A stretch of DNA of 57,755 bases from a virus (lineage: Duplodnaviria; Caudoviricetes). Below, piece after piece: positions 10,086 to 17,029 of the stretch (position 1 is its first letter; every line of letters starts with the position of its first letter). The notes below the pieces were generated by a model. That model was not told the DNA's origin and did no database searches. It was given only the letters and a program-made list of their open reading frames with translations. Both the position numbers and the translations under genes were made by a program. The stretch is from positions 1 through 57,755 of the IMG/VR virus record IMGVR_UViG_3300023115_000024. One strand, written 5' to 3'.

Positions 10086-10160
10086 TGGAGTGAGCGACAG
10101 GATTTGAACCTGCATAAAACGGATTTGCAATCCGTTGCCTAACCTTTCGACCACGCTCAC
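10086..10160 (-). tRNA. tRNA-Cys(GCA)
   Basis: Cloverleaf; anticodon loop UUGCAAA; U73; encoded CCA. Confidence 0.92.
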
Positions 10161-10165
10161 ATGTT

Positions 10166-10249
10166 TGGTGGGGAAGGGAGGAATTCGCACCTCCACAGCT
10201 TTCGCGCCGAATTTACAGTCCGGTGGGCTCACTCGTGCCCAGCCTCCCC
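10166..10249 (-). tRNA. tRNA-Tyr(GUA), non-canonical D/T loops
   Basis: Acceptor GGGGAGG/CUUCCCC, A73, CCA; anticodon loop CUGUAAA; long variable arm. Confidence 0.85.
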
Positions 10250-10253
10250 AAAT

Positions 10254-10330
10254 TGGTCGGAGTAGTAGGATTCGAACCTACGACCTCTGCATCCCAAATG
10301 CAGCGCACTACCAGGCTGTGCTATACTCCG
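10254..10330 (-). tRNA. tRNA-Pro(UGG)
   Basis: CGGAGUA acceptor, loop UUUGGGA, GUUCGAAUC, CCA. Confidence 0.95.
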
Positions 10331-10404
10331 TGGCAGGCGAGTAGGGATTTGAACCCCAACGAACGGTTTTGGAGACCGCCATGCTACCATTACATCACTC
10401 ACCC
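10331..10404 (-). tRNA. tRNA-Trp(CCA)
   Basis: Anticodon loop CUCCAAA, GUUCAAAUC, G73, CCA. Confidence 0.92.
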
Positions 10405-10406
10405 AT

Positions 10407-10445
10407 AAAAAAAGCCCCCAAACAAATCAATGCTTAGGGGCTTTT
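10407..10445 (-). terminator. intrinsic terminator (attenuator 3:4 hairpin) immediately upstream of tRNA-Trp
   Basis: AAAAGCCCCUAAGCA...UGUUUGGGGGC followed by U7, ending 2 nt before the tRNA-Trp 5' end. Confidence 0.85.
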
Positions 10446-10464
10446 AACGTACTAAAAAGTCACG

Positions 10465-10527
10465 TCAAGACAAACCCCTACCTCCTGGCGGGCACCAATA
10501 CAAATAATTTGTTGCTGTCTTGAACAT
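10465..10527 (-). CDS. attenuator leader peptide MFKTATNYLYWCPPGGRGLS
   Basis: SD AAGGA upstream; TAT-TTG-TAT-TGG-TGC-CCG-CCA cluster matches the downstream tRNAs; overlaps the antiterminator arm. Confidence 0.85.
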   Translation of the reverse strand: MFKTATNYLYWCPPGGRGLS

Positions 10528-10554
10528 GTTAATATTCCTTCTAAGTATGTATAT

Positions 10555-10583
10555 ACTATAACTTCTTTGTATTTATTTGTCAA
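10555..10583 (-). promoter_or_regulatory. sigma70-type promoter driving the leader peptide-tRNA operon
   Basis: TTGACA-17 bp-TATAGT, about 28 nt upstream of the leader ATG. Confidence 0.85.
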
Positions 10584-10737
10584 CCACTTTTTCACATTTT
10601 GCTTTAGTTCCGCAATGTGGACAATGGAAGGTTGCTCTATCTATACAATATTTGTCTTCCATCGTTGCAAAAGTAAAGTAGCCTTTGCAACTGCTGCAAG
10701 TTAAGTGCCAAATAATTTCCTTGACTGCTTTAAACAT
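10573..10737 (-). CDS. small zinc-ribbon protein (54 aa)
   Basis: Hand-translated MFKAVKEIIWHLTCSSCKG...FHCPHCGTKAKCEKVVDK; two CxxC; TAAATA box 7 nt upstream. Confidence 0.7.
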   Translation of the reverse strand: MFKAVKEIIWHLTCSSCKGYFTFATMEDKYCIDRATFHCPHCGTKAKCEKVVDK

Positions 10738-10747
10738 TGTAAAGTAT

Positions 10748-11131
10748 TTATTTACTGTGTTTGTCTTTGTAATCTTTTACGGCCGCTTTGATTGCATCTT
10801 CTGCTAAAACTGAACAATGTATTTTTACTGGGGGTAAGGAGAGCTCTCTAGCAATGTCGGTGTTCTTAATCTCAGTGGCATCGTCAAGAGTTTTGCCCTT
10901 GACCCATTCTGTAAGGAGACTAGAACTAGCAATAGCACTGCCGCAACCATAGGTTTTAAATTTTGCATCTTCAATAACACCGTCGTCATTTACCTTGATT
11001 TGTAATCTCATTACATCACCGCAAGCTGGAGCACCGACCATGCCAGTGCCTACACCGTCAGTATCTGGATCCCACTTTCCTACATTTCTAGGATTTTCGT
11101 AATGATCAAGAACTTTCTTGGAGTATGCCAT
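10748..11131 (-). CDS. iscU: Fe-S cluster scaffold IscU
   Basis: YSKKVLDHYENPRNVG, GAPACGDVM, YGCGSAIAS, LPPVKIHCS. Confidence 0.96.
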   Translation of the reverse strand: MAYSKKVLDHYENPRNVGKWDPDTDGVGTGMVGAPACGDVMRLQIKVNDDGVIEDAKFKTYGCGSAIASSSLLTEWVKGKTLDDATEIKNTDIARELSLPPVKIHCSVLAEDAIKAAVKDYKDKHSK

Positions 11132-11300
11132 AGACTGCTTCTCTAAAAGCAGGATCTTGGCCAAACTGAGATGCTGCTTCTGCTCTTCTCTTAGCTAGTA
11201 CTAAGGGCGAGTTTGGCTTGCGCTTTTCACGGTATGCCCCGTGAGAGCTCATTTTAGCTCTTTTGCGCACTCGTCCACTAGTTTTCATTGTCTTCGCCAT
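11106..11300 (-). CDS. small basic hypothetical protein
   Basis: SD GGAG; Lys/Arg-rich; overlaps the iscU start. Confidence 0.5.
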   Translation of the reverse strand: MAKTMKTSGRVRKRAKMSSHGAYREKRKPNSPLVLAKRRAEAASQFGQDPAFREAVYGILQESS

Positions 11301-11305
11301 AGCGA

Positions 11306-11479
11306 TTATTCTCCGTCAGTCTTTATTTCTATAATGGTACTTTTTAATACATCCTCGTATTTACCATCTTCAGTTTTTACCACAATTCTTTCACTTTCCG
11401 GCCGAACGTTATCTAGTATAACGCCCTTTACAGAGAGTGTTTTATCTTTTTTCCAATGTTTGTAAATTACTTCAACCAT
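11306..11479 (-). CDS. small hypothetical protein (SH3/Sm-like)
   Basis: Start MVEVIY just downstream of tRNA-Ala; the longer track ORF runs through the tRNA. Confidence 0.55.
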   Translation of the reverse strand: MVEVIYKHWKKDKTLSVKGVILDNVRPESERIVVKTEDGKYEDVLKSTIIEIKTDGE

Positions 11480-11489
11480 ATAAACCTTG

Positions 11490-11562
11490 TGGAGCCGGAG
11501 GGAATCGAACCCACGACCTTCTGGATGCAAACCAGACGCTCTCCCTACTGAGCTACGGCCCC
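11490..11562 (-). tRNA. tRNA-Ala(UGC)
   Basis: G3:U70 pair, loop UUUGCAU, GUUCGAUUC; followed by CAA rather than CCA. Confidence 0.92.
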
Positions 11563-11568
11563 TACAAA

Positions 11569-11644
11569 TGGTGCCGGATGCAAGAATCGAACTCGCGACC
11601 TTCTCATTACAAGTGAGCTGCTCTACCTGCTGAGCTAAACCGGC
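11569..11644 (-). tRNA. tRNA-Thr(UGU)
   Basis: GCCGGUU acceptor, loop CUUGUAA, GUUCGAUUC, CCA. Confidence 0.92.
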
Positions 11645-11650
11645 TAAATT

Positions 11651-11725
11651 TTATCTTCTAACTTTACAGTTAGGGCACCAATCGTTGTGCCCTAGTTCTG
11701 TTTTACATTCTGGACATTGTTTCAC
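11651..11725 (-). CDS. 24-aa zinc-ribbon micropeptide MKQCPECKTELGHNDWCPNCKVRR
   Basis: GTG start 4 nt after a TATAAATA box; two CPxC motifs. Confidence 0.5.
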   Translation of the reverse strand: MKQCPECKTELGHNDWCPNCKVRR

Positions 11726-11744
11726 AGAATATTTATACGATTTT

Positions 11745-11960
11745 TCAATGCTTGAAAATATTTTTGATCATATATTCAGCTTGTGGATAAGAATCCATAT
11801 AATTTACTCGACGGTCAACTTCGTCCCATCTTGCTAATTCTTGCCTTGTCTTGATTTCTTGTTTAGACATAGATGGTGTAAAATTATTGATATAATTTGA
11901 TGTCGTATAGGACTGTGTCCAACTGTGTTGGATACCTTTTGTGTAACGCTTGTTTGACAT
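11745..11960 (-). CDS. hypothetical protein
   Basis: ORF in tight gene packing. Confidence 0.5.
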   Translation of the reverse strand: MSNKRYTKGIQHSWTQSYTTSNYINNFTPSMSKQEIKTRQELARWDEVDRRVNYMDSYPQAEYMIKNIFKH

Positions 11961-11969
11961 TATTTTACC

Positions 11970-12515
11970 CTATCGTGCGTTGATTGAAATTGTAACCGGA
12001 ATTTGATCGCCTACACTGTATTGATTGTATGTATAGCTACGGCCTTGAACACCGTTCCATTCATACCAAATTGTGTAATTTTTAATTTCCGTTTTTTGTT
12101 CACGCACTATTGTTTCGGTACATTGCTGTTGCAAGCGATATCCTGTGATAACTTGCTGATTTCTTGCTCTTTTGTTAGCAATGTCTGCTCCGACAATTGC
12201 GCCAAGAACAGTCATTGCATCTTTGCCTGATCCGCCGCCAACTTGATTACCGATCGCGCCACCGATTACAGCACCTAGCACAGTGTCGCCTGTGCTTGCT
12301 TGTCCACCTTGTACATTACCATAGATAGGTACTTCAACATCTCTACATTCTGTACGAGGAATGTTTTGATATACAGTTGTGTAATTAGGATCAATTCGTG
12401 TTACAGTTGCATATTGACTTTGTGCACTTGCAGACCCTGCAAATAGTAAGGAGCCAAGTACGGCTGATGTAGTTAATAATTTTTTCATTACAATCTCTCT
12501 AAAAGTTTCATTCAA
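11970..12515 (-). CDS. glycine-zipper 2TM outer-membrane/secreted protein (YcfJ-like)
   Basis: Signal peptide from MKKLL; GAVIGGAIGNQVGGGSG glycine zipper. Confidence 0.8.
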   Translation of the reverse strand: MNETFREIVMKKLLTTSAVLGSLLFAGSASAQSQYATVTRIDPNYTTVYQNIPRTECRDVEVPIYGNVQGGQASTGDTVLGAVIGGAIGNQVGGGSGKDAMTVLGAIVGADIANKRARNQQVITGYRLQQQCTETIVREQKTEIKNYTIWYEWNGVQGRSYTYNQYSVGDQIPVTISINAR

Positions 12516-12555
12516 ATTATAATACTATATTTATAGATCTTTGTCAACCGTTAAT

Positions 12556-12945
12556 TTAAATAAAATCGTTAGGAACTATTACTGTGGTTACCTTCACATC
12601 TGTAACACGATCATACCTAAAACTGCGAAATGCTTTACTCTCAATTGCCCAAACTGCAATTACTTTATCAGATATTTCACGAACTTTCTTTTGTGTTAAA
12701 GGATCGTCTTTTTTTGCAGGAGGCAACATACCTTCATATAGTGTACAGGGCATAACACGGGTATCACCGTTTAGTTTTGTAAAGGTTACTTCAACTACGC
12801 TTTTTTTTAGAAGAGCTATTAGTTCTTCCTTTGTCGGTATTCCCTTCAGACTTGCTACTGTCTCGCTTACCGAAGATACGTTCCCAACTTTCTCTGTATT
12901 TTGCATCGTCTGCACCTTTTCTTCGTCCACTACCTTTACCTCCAT
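12556..12945 (-). CDS. WYL_2/SH3-fold protein
   Basis: VEVTFTKLNGDTRVMPCTL...VW...AFRSFR pattern; true start uncertain. Confidence 0.65.
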   Translation of the reverse strand: MEVKVVDEEKVQTMQNTEKVGNVSSVSETVASLKGIPTKEELIALLKKSVVEVTFTKLNGDTRVMPCTLYEGMLPPAKKDDPLTQKKVREISDKVIAVWAIESKAFRSFRYDRVTDVKVTTVIVPNDFI

Positions 12946-12961
12946 GCCATTTAGTTGTCAT
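12791..12961 (-). CDS. small basic protein with HGGKGS motif (56 aa), overlapping frame
   Basis: Hand-translated MTTKWHGGKGSGRRKGADDAKYRESWERIFGK...; SD AGGA upstream. Confidence 0.55.
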   Translation of the reverse strand: MTTKWHGGKGSGRRKGADDAKYRESWERIFGKRDSSKSEGNTDKGRTNSSSKKKRS

Positions 12962-13066
12962 CGTTTCTTCCTATTTGAGAAAACACATAACTATAGTACA
13001 ACGTTAAACCTATACCTATAGGAGCAATCATCATTACTGCTCCTATACCAATTACGCCTGCTGACA

Positions 13067-13234
13067 TCATAGTTCTTCCCAAATTCCAATAAATTCAGCT
13101 ACAGCAAAAAACAATGCCAATAGCACTGCTGATCCTGTTGCGGCTGCTCCAAGACAACCAACTAAACGCACTGCACTCTTAACTAAACTAAGATAAAAAT
13201 GTTTTTTGCCAGGATCTTTAGTTGCTATTTCCAT
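13067..13234 (-). CDS. small membrane protein (55 aa)
   Basis: Hand-translated [24 protein letters not shown]...AEFIGIWEEL; start overlaps the clpP stop. Confidence 0.6.
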   Translation of the reverse strand: MEIATKDPGKKHFYLSLVKSAVRLVGCLGAAATGSAVLLALFFAVAEFIGIWEEL

Positions 13235-13851
13235 TATCTCTTCTCCACTACTTTATCTGCAAATCCGTTATCAACTGCTTCTTGTGCTGACAAAAATGTA
13301 TCAAACTTCATGGTTTCGAACAATTCATCAAATGTTTTGCCTGCGCTATTGTGTTTAACATACAATTCTGTGAGGCGTTCATTTAATCGCTTGCTTTCTT
13401 GTAAGTGGCGAATGTTATCTTCCATTTCAAGCTCTTGTACATGCACACTGCCACCTGTGCCGCGGGTGCCTGAGCTTACACGGTGAATCATTGTACGACT
13501 CTCTGGCAACACAATACGTTTACCTGCTGCACCTGCTTGTGCTAAAAATGAACCCATACTTGCTGCCTGGCCGCTTACAATAGTGCGCACATCACATTTG
13601 ATATATTGCATAGTGTCGTAAATAGCAAGACCAGATGTTACTGAACCTCCAGGGGAGTTAATGTACAAATTAATATCCTTGTCAGGATTTTCACTTTCTA
13701 GATACAACATCTGTGCCATAATAACATTTGCCATTGTATCTTCTACTGGACCGTTTAACATAATGATGCGATCCTTCATCAAACGTGAATAAATATCCCA
13801 CGAACGTTCGCCGCGTGATTCTTGTTCAACTACCATAGGAATTAGTGGCAT
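13234..13851 (-). CDS. clpP: ATP-dependent Clp protease proteolytic subunit
   Basis: [21 protein letters not shown] (catalytic Ser), MIH. Confidence 0.96.
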   Translation of the reverse strand: MPLIPMVVEQESRGERSWDIYSRLMKDRIIMLNGPVEDTMANVIMAQMLYLESENPDKDINLYINSPGGSVTSGLAIYDTMQYIKCDVRTIVSGQAASMGSFLAQAGAAGKRIVLPESRTMIHRVSSGTRGTGGSVHVQELEMEDNIRHLQESKRLNERLTELYVKHNSAGKTFDELFETMKFDTFLSAQEAVDNGFADKVVEKR

Positions 13852-14033
13852 TATTTTATCTCCGGTAAAGGTTTTGTGCTGATAGTATCATGATAGTCAC
13901 CGTCTGCACTATAGTCTCTTGATGCAATTTCTTTTACCATCATTCCGTTTTTGTAACGGTACGTGGTTATTTCTCTACGTACCACACCATCTATGTCAGC
14001 GTCAAAAGCTGATTTAAAAGGCCCATCAGTCAT
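13851..14033 (-). CDS. hypothetical protein
   Basis: Translationally coupled ORF. Confidence 0.55.
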   Translation of the reverse strand: MTDGPFKSAFDADIDGVVRREITTYRYKNGMMVKEIASRDYSADGDYHDTISTKPLPEIK

Positions 14034-14257
14034 TAGCGTCCTTCCTTGATATATTTTACTTCAGGACCGGCTGAAGTAAATTCCATGCCATGAGCATTAC
14101 CAACATATGTGCGTCCATTCCAACGCATTGGAATTTTGTTAGTTGCAAGAAATGCATCAAACGATACATTTTCTTTAAAATTATCTGCTTCAGCTTCTGC
14201 ACTTACTCCGCTATTTGTGTTTGTAAGAGTTGCTTTATTATCTACAATAGTTCTCAT
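14033..14257 (-). CDS. hypothetical protein
   Basis: Translationally coupled ORF. Confidence 0.55.
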   Translation of the reverse strand: MRTIVDNKATLTNTNSGVSAEAEADNFKENVSFDAFLATNKIPMRWNGRTYVGNAHGMEFTSAGPEVKYIKEGR

Positions 14258-14496
14258 TTCTTTCCTAGTAATTTTAAGTTTAAAACAAAATTTTCTACAA
14301 GTAGTTTAACAATAATTGCGCCATCTGTCAAGCTATTTCTTTCCATTTCAAGAACGTGTGCTGCCATCATTACATATGCTTGATCTTCTGAAATATTTAA
14401 ATCTCCCCAATCTATGGGATCAAATTCTGCTCCTTCTTTTGCAAGTATTACAAGATTACGAACAGCTTCATTATCTATATCAAACATATCACTCAT
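14254..14496 (-). CDS. hypothetical protein, paralog of 14489-14770
   Basis: Shares the KLLVENF motif and helical layout with its neighbour. Confidence 0.65.
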   Translation of the reverse strand: MSDMFDIDNEAVRNLVILAKEGAEFDPIDWGDLNISEDQAYVMMAAHVLEMERNSLTDGAIIVKLLVENFVLNLKLLGKK

Positions 14497-14770
14497 TAGT
14501 TTGTTTATCTAACTCCTGTTTTAGTGTATATCCTAAACAAAAATTTTCAACTAATAATTTTGACATACTAGCCATTGCTACAGCAGCTCTTTGATTTTCT
14601 GGCAAATTATCTAATTGCTCAAATACGTTCTTTGCCATTGCTGTATAAATTTCATCTTTGTTCATGCCAGCTTTTTGAAAATCAAAATCAATTGACAATT
14701 CAGCGTCTCTTGCTAATTTTGCTATCTCGTTGATAGCTTGGTTTTTTTCTGTAGTTTCGTCCATACTCAC
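14489..14770 (-). CDS. hypothetical protein, paralog of 14254-14496
   Basis: KLLVENF motif. Confidence 0.65.
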   Translation of the reverse strand: MSMDETTEKNQAINEIAKLARDAELSIDFDFQKAGMNKDEIYTAMAKNVFEQLDNLPENQRAAVAMASMSKLLVENFCLGYTLKQELDKQTNE

Positions 14771-14772
14771 TC

Positions 14773-15027
14773 CTAGTGTATAGTGCCATTATATAATGAA
14801 TCATCATTAGGGTCAATACCCCAGTGTTCTTTGATTAATTCAACAATTGCTTCTGGCACTTCTTCGTCATCGCTGCCTTTAGGAATCCAAATTCCTTTCA
14901 AATTTCCATCTTTATCTAGTATGAAGCCATAGTCTGACTCATCTAATGTATCTTCAAAACCTAAATAATCATGATCCATTTGGCCGCATTCCTTTTCTAG
15001 TAAATTCTTTTGCTCTTTTTGTAACAT
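14773..15027 (-). CDS. acidic hypothetical protein
   Basis: ORF; start possibly at MDHDY. Confidence 0.55.
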   Translation of the reverse strand: MLQKEQKNLLEKECGQMDHDYLGFEDTLDESDYGFILDKDGNLKGIWIPKGSDDEEVPEAIVELIKEHWGIDPNDDSLYNGTIH

Positions 15028-15104
15028 CTTTGTTACTCAGTCTAGATTGCGAAAGATACTCTTTCCATTCTTTGACTAATTTTTTATTTTCCTTTTTGTT
15101 AAGC

Positions 15105-15545
15105 TCATTCTTTTGCAACGAACTTTCCGTCCTTAATTACAAAAACACCGTCGAGGCCAGTAGATCTAATATACTGTCTACCGCCATCAATCATTTTGCC
15201 ATCGACAAAAATACAGTCATGATGACTACACGAATAGTACCAATGATTGTCTTTGTCTTTGATCATACCAAATTTAAAGTCTTCAACAATGTCTGCATTA
15301 CAAATCATCATACGATCATTCATTCTATCGTTGTACAATCCAAAGTAACGATTTCCAAACTCAGGATGTGGTGTAGCTCTGTAGTAAACATCTACAGGCA
15401 CATCGCTTGCTTTCAAGTCAGTAGTACACACATACTTAACAGGAACGCCATCTTTTTCAGTGTAATGTGATTCTATTTTTTCTCTGTCAAATTGATAAGG
15501 GTGTTTAATATCCATTAATCTTCCTCTCCTTTGATAATAAACCAA
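15105..15545 (-). CDS. hypothetical phage protein
   Basis: YSCSHHDC...IDGGRQY motif resembling small phage proteins. Confidence 0.6.
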   Translation of the reverse strand: MVYYQRRGRLMDIKHPYQFDREKIESHYTEKDGVPVKYVCTTDLKASDVPVDVYYRATPHPEFGNRYFGLYNDRMNDRMMICNADIVEDFKFGMIKDKDNHWYYSCSHHDCIFVDGKMIDGGRQYIRSTGLDGVFVIKDGKFVAKE

Positions 15546-15584
15546 AGCATCATTAAAGTAACAAATCCTATTCCTAGTAAAAAC

Positions 15585-16196
15585 TCAAGTAATGTAATCA
15601 TCTTTCACTTTCTTTGCAATAGTTTTGTGAATACCAGGATTTACTTTTAGTACATGTGGCATCATTTCGTGTCTAATATAGTTTCTAGTATAACACGTAT
15701 CTGCGTTGCTGTCATCCTCTAAATAAGGCACATTGTGCATTGCAGCCCAAAGTTCTAAATCACGTTTACGAGTACCACGAAAAGGACGAATGACACCATT
15801 TCGACGATAAGGAATAATTTTGCCTGTTCCGTGCATTGAGCTCCATACCCAAGTTTCTACACAATCATCTAAATGATGGCAAGTAATCACTGGCAAGTGA
15901 TGCTGTGAAAACAAGTCCATCCATTTGTAGCGTTCGTCACGCCACCACTCTTCTTTGCTCATTCTTTTAGGCTTTGTACCTTGAGCAATACCACGAATTT
16001 GAAACGGCAAGTCGTATTTCATAATATAACGTCTTACTAGGTCTTCTGCTCTTTCGCCATATTCTGTTCCGTGATTAAAATAGTAGACTTCCACTTCATG
16101 ATTGCGGCGAAGAAAATCTAATGCTGCCATTGAGTCAACTCCTCCGCTAACAGCAATCATTACTTGCCTTGGAATTTTACCTTGAATTTTAATCAT
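15585..16196 (-). CDS. tilS: TilS-like PP-loop ATPase (tRNA(Ile)-lysidine synthetase N-terminal domain only)
   Basis: AVSGGVDS, HHLDD.VET, IRPF, EDDSN and TRNYIRH; only 203 aa. Confidence 0.82.
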   Translation of the reverse strand: MIKIQGKIPRQVMIAVSGGVDSMAALDFLRRNHEVEVYYFNHGTEYGERAEDLVRRYIMKYDLPFQIRGIAQGTKPKRMSKEEWWRDERYKWMDLFSQHHLPVITCHHLDDCVETWVWSSMHGTGKIIPYRRNGVIRPFRGTRKRDLELWAAMHNVPYLEDDSNADTCYTRNYIRHEMMPHVLKVNPGIHKTIAKKVKDDYIT

Positions 16197-16483
16197 TGTG
16201 ATAACAGTCTAGCGAGTGCTACACTATCAATAGAAACTAATAGCATGTAATTTGCTAACATACCTGTGCTCCTTCTTGTAAACGCTGCCCATGCAAAAAT
16301 TACACATTGAGTAATAAACAACGGATATAACAAAAGAAACGGAGGATTAGGCACTGTAAACATCATAGTGACTGCGCAAAATATACTTAAAAACCACGCA
16401 ACAATTTCTAATATACATCGTGTAGGATTTTCTTGCCAATCTTCTTTAATCCAACTAATTATACCATAAATTATATTTTTCAT
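16193..16483 (-). CDS. membrane protein
   Basis: Three hydrophobic helices. Confidence 0.6.
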   Translation of the reverse strand: MKNIIYGIISWIKEDWQENPTRCILEIVAWFLSIFCAVTMMFTVPNPPFLLLYPLFITQCVIFAWAAFTRRSTGMLANYMLLVSIDSVALARLLSQ

Positions 16484-16683
16484 ACGTCACTATTGTCGTT
16501 CCATTTTAAAATTTCAACTTCTCCGTCTGCATTTTTACGATGACGTAGAAAACCATTTTCAATTAGTGTGTCAATAGTTTTACCGCTTGCATCAATGTAA
16601 GTAGACTTCAACATCAAAAAATACGTTGCAGCTGATCCTGCAAAATATGCTCCAAACAACCACATTACATTTTCTGTAAACAT
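16480..16683 (-). CDS. small membrane protein
   Basis: SD GGAGG before MFTEN. Confidence 0.55.
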   Translation of the reverse strand: MFTENVMWLFGAYFAGSAATYFLMLKSTYIDASGKTIDTLIENGFLRHRKNADGEVEILKWNDNSDV

Positions 16684-16684
16684 T

Positions 16685-16852
16685 TTAACCTCCAAAAAAC
16701 CAAATAAGTGCTGAAATTAAAACAATCCAGCCTGCATATTTCCAACCTAATCTAATTGCACCAAAGATAATTGCTAATACTACTCCAACACTAAATCCCC
16801 AAACAATTAAAGGTTGTATTACATACCAGGCTAATTCTAAATCACCACCCAT
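16685..16852 (-). CDS. small membrane protein (55 aa)
   Basis: Hand-translated MGGDLELAWYVIQPLIVWGF...; fills the gap with stop/start coupling. Confidence 0.55.
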   Translation of the reverse strand: MGGDLELAWYVIQPLIVWGFSVGVVLAIIFGAIRLGWKYAGWIVLISALIWFFGG

Positions 16853-17028
16853 TATGCTATCTCCGCAACAAAATTATTTCTACCCCAGCCTGTATATTTA
16901 CTTGCATTTCCGTATTTCATATAAACTTGCTGTTCAGCTGTACTTTCACTGACACACTTTACAAGATCAATATGTTTGACTTTTTTGCCGTTAGCATCTA
17001 CAAGATATACGTTATAATAATTAAACAT
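16852..17028 (-). CDS. hypothetical protein (58 aa)
   Basis: Hand-translated MFNYYNVYLVDANGKKV...; coupled to neighbours. Confidence 0.5.
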   Translation of the reverse strand: MFNYYNVYLVDANGKKVKHIDLVKCVSESTAEQQVYMKYGNASKYTGWGRNNFVAEIA

Positions 17029-17029
17029 A

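Noticed and set aside
10135-10408. Plus-strand ORFs 10135-10344 and 10223-10408
   Set aside because: They are antisense to four tRNA genes and are shadow ORFs.
11670-11695. Hairpin upstream of tRNA-Thr as a second attenuator
   Set aside because: No U-tract, no evident antiterminator, and the overlapping peptide has only one Thr and no Ala codons.
14946-15108. Extra small ORF in the gap between 15027 and 15105
   Set aside because: The ATG at 15108 hits a stop after 10 codons; no convincing alternative start found.
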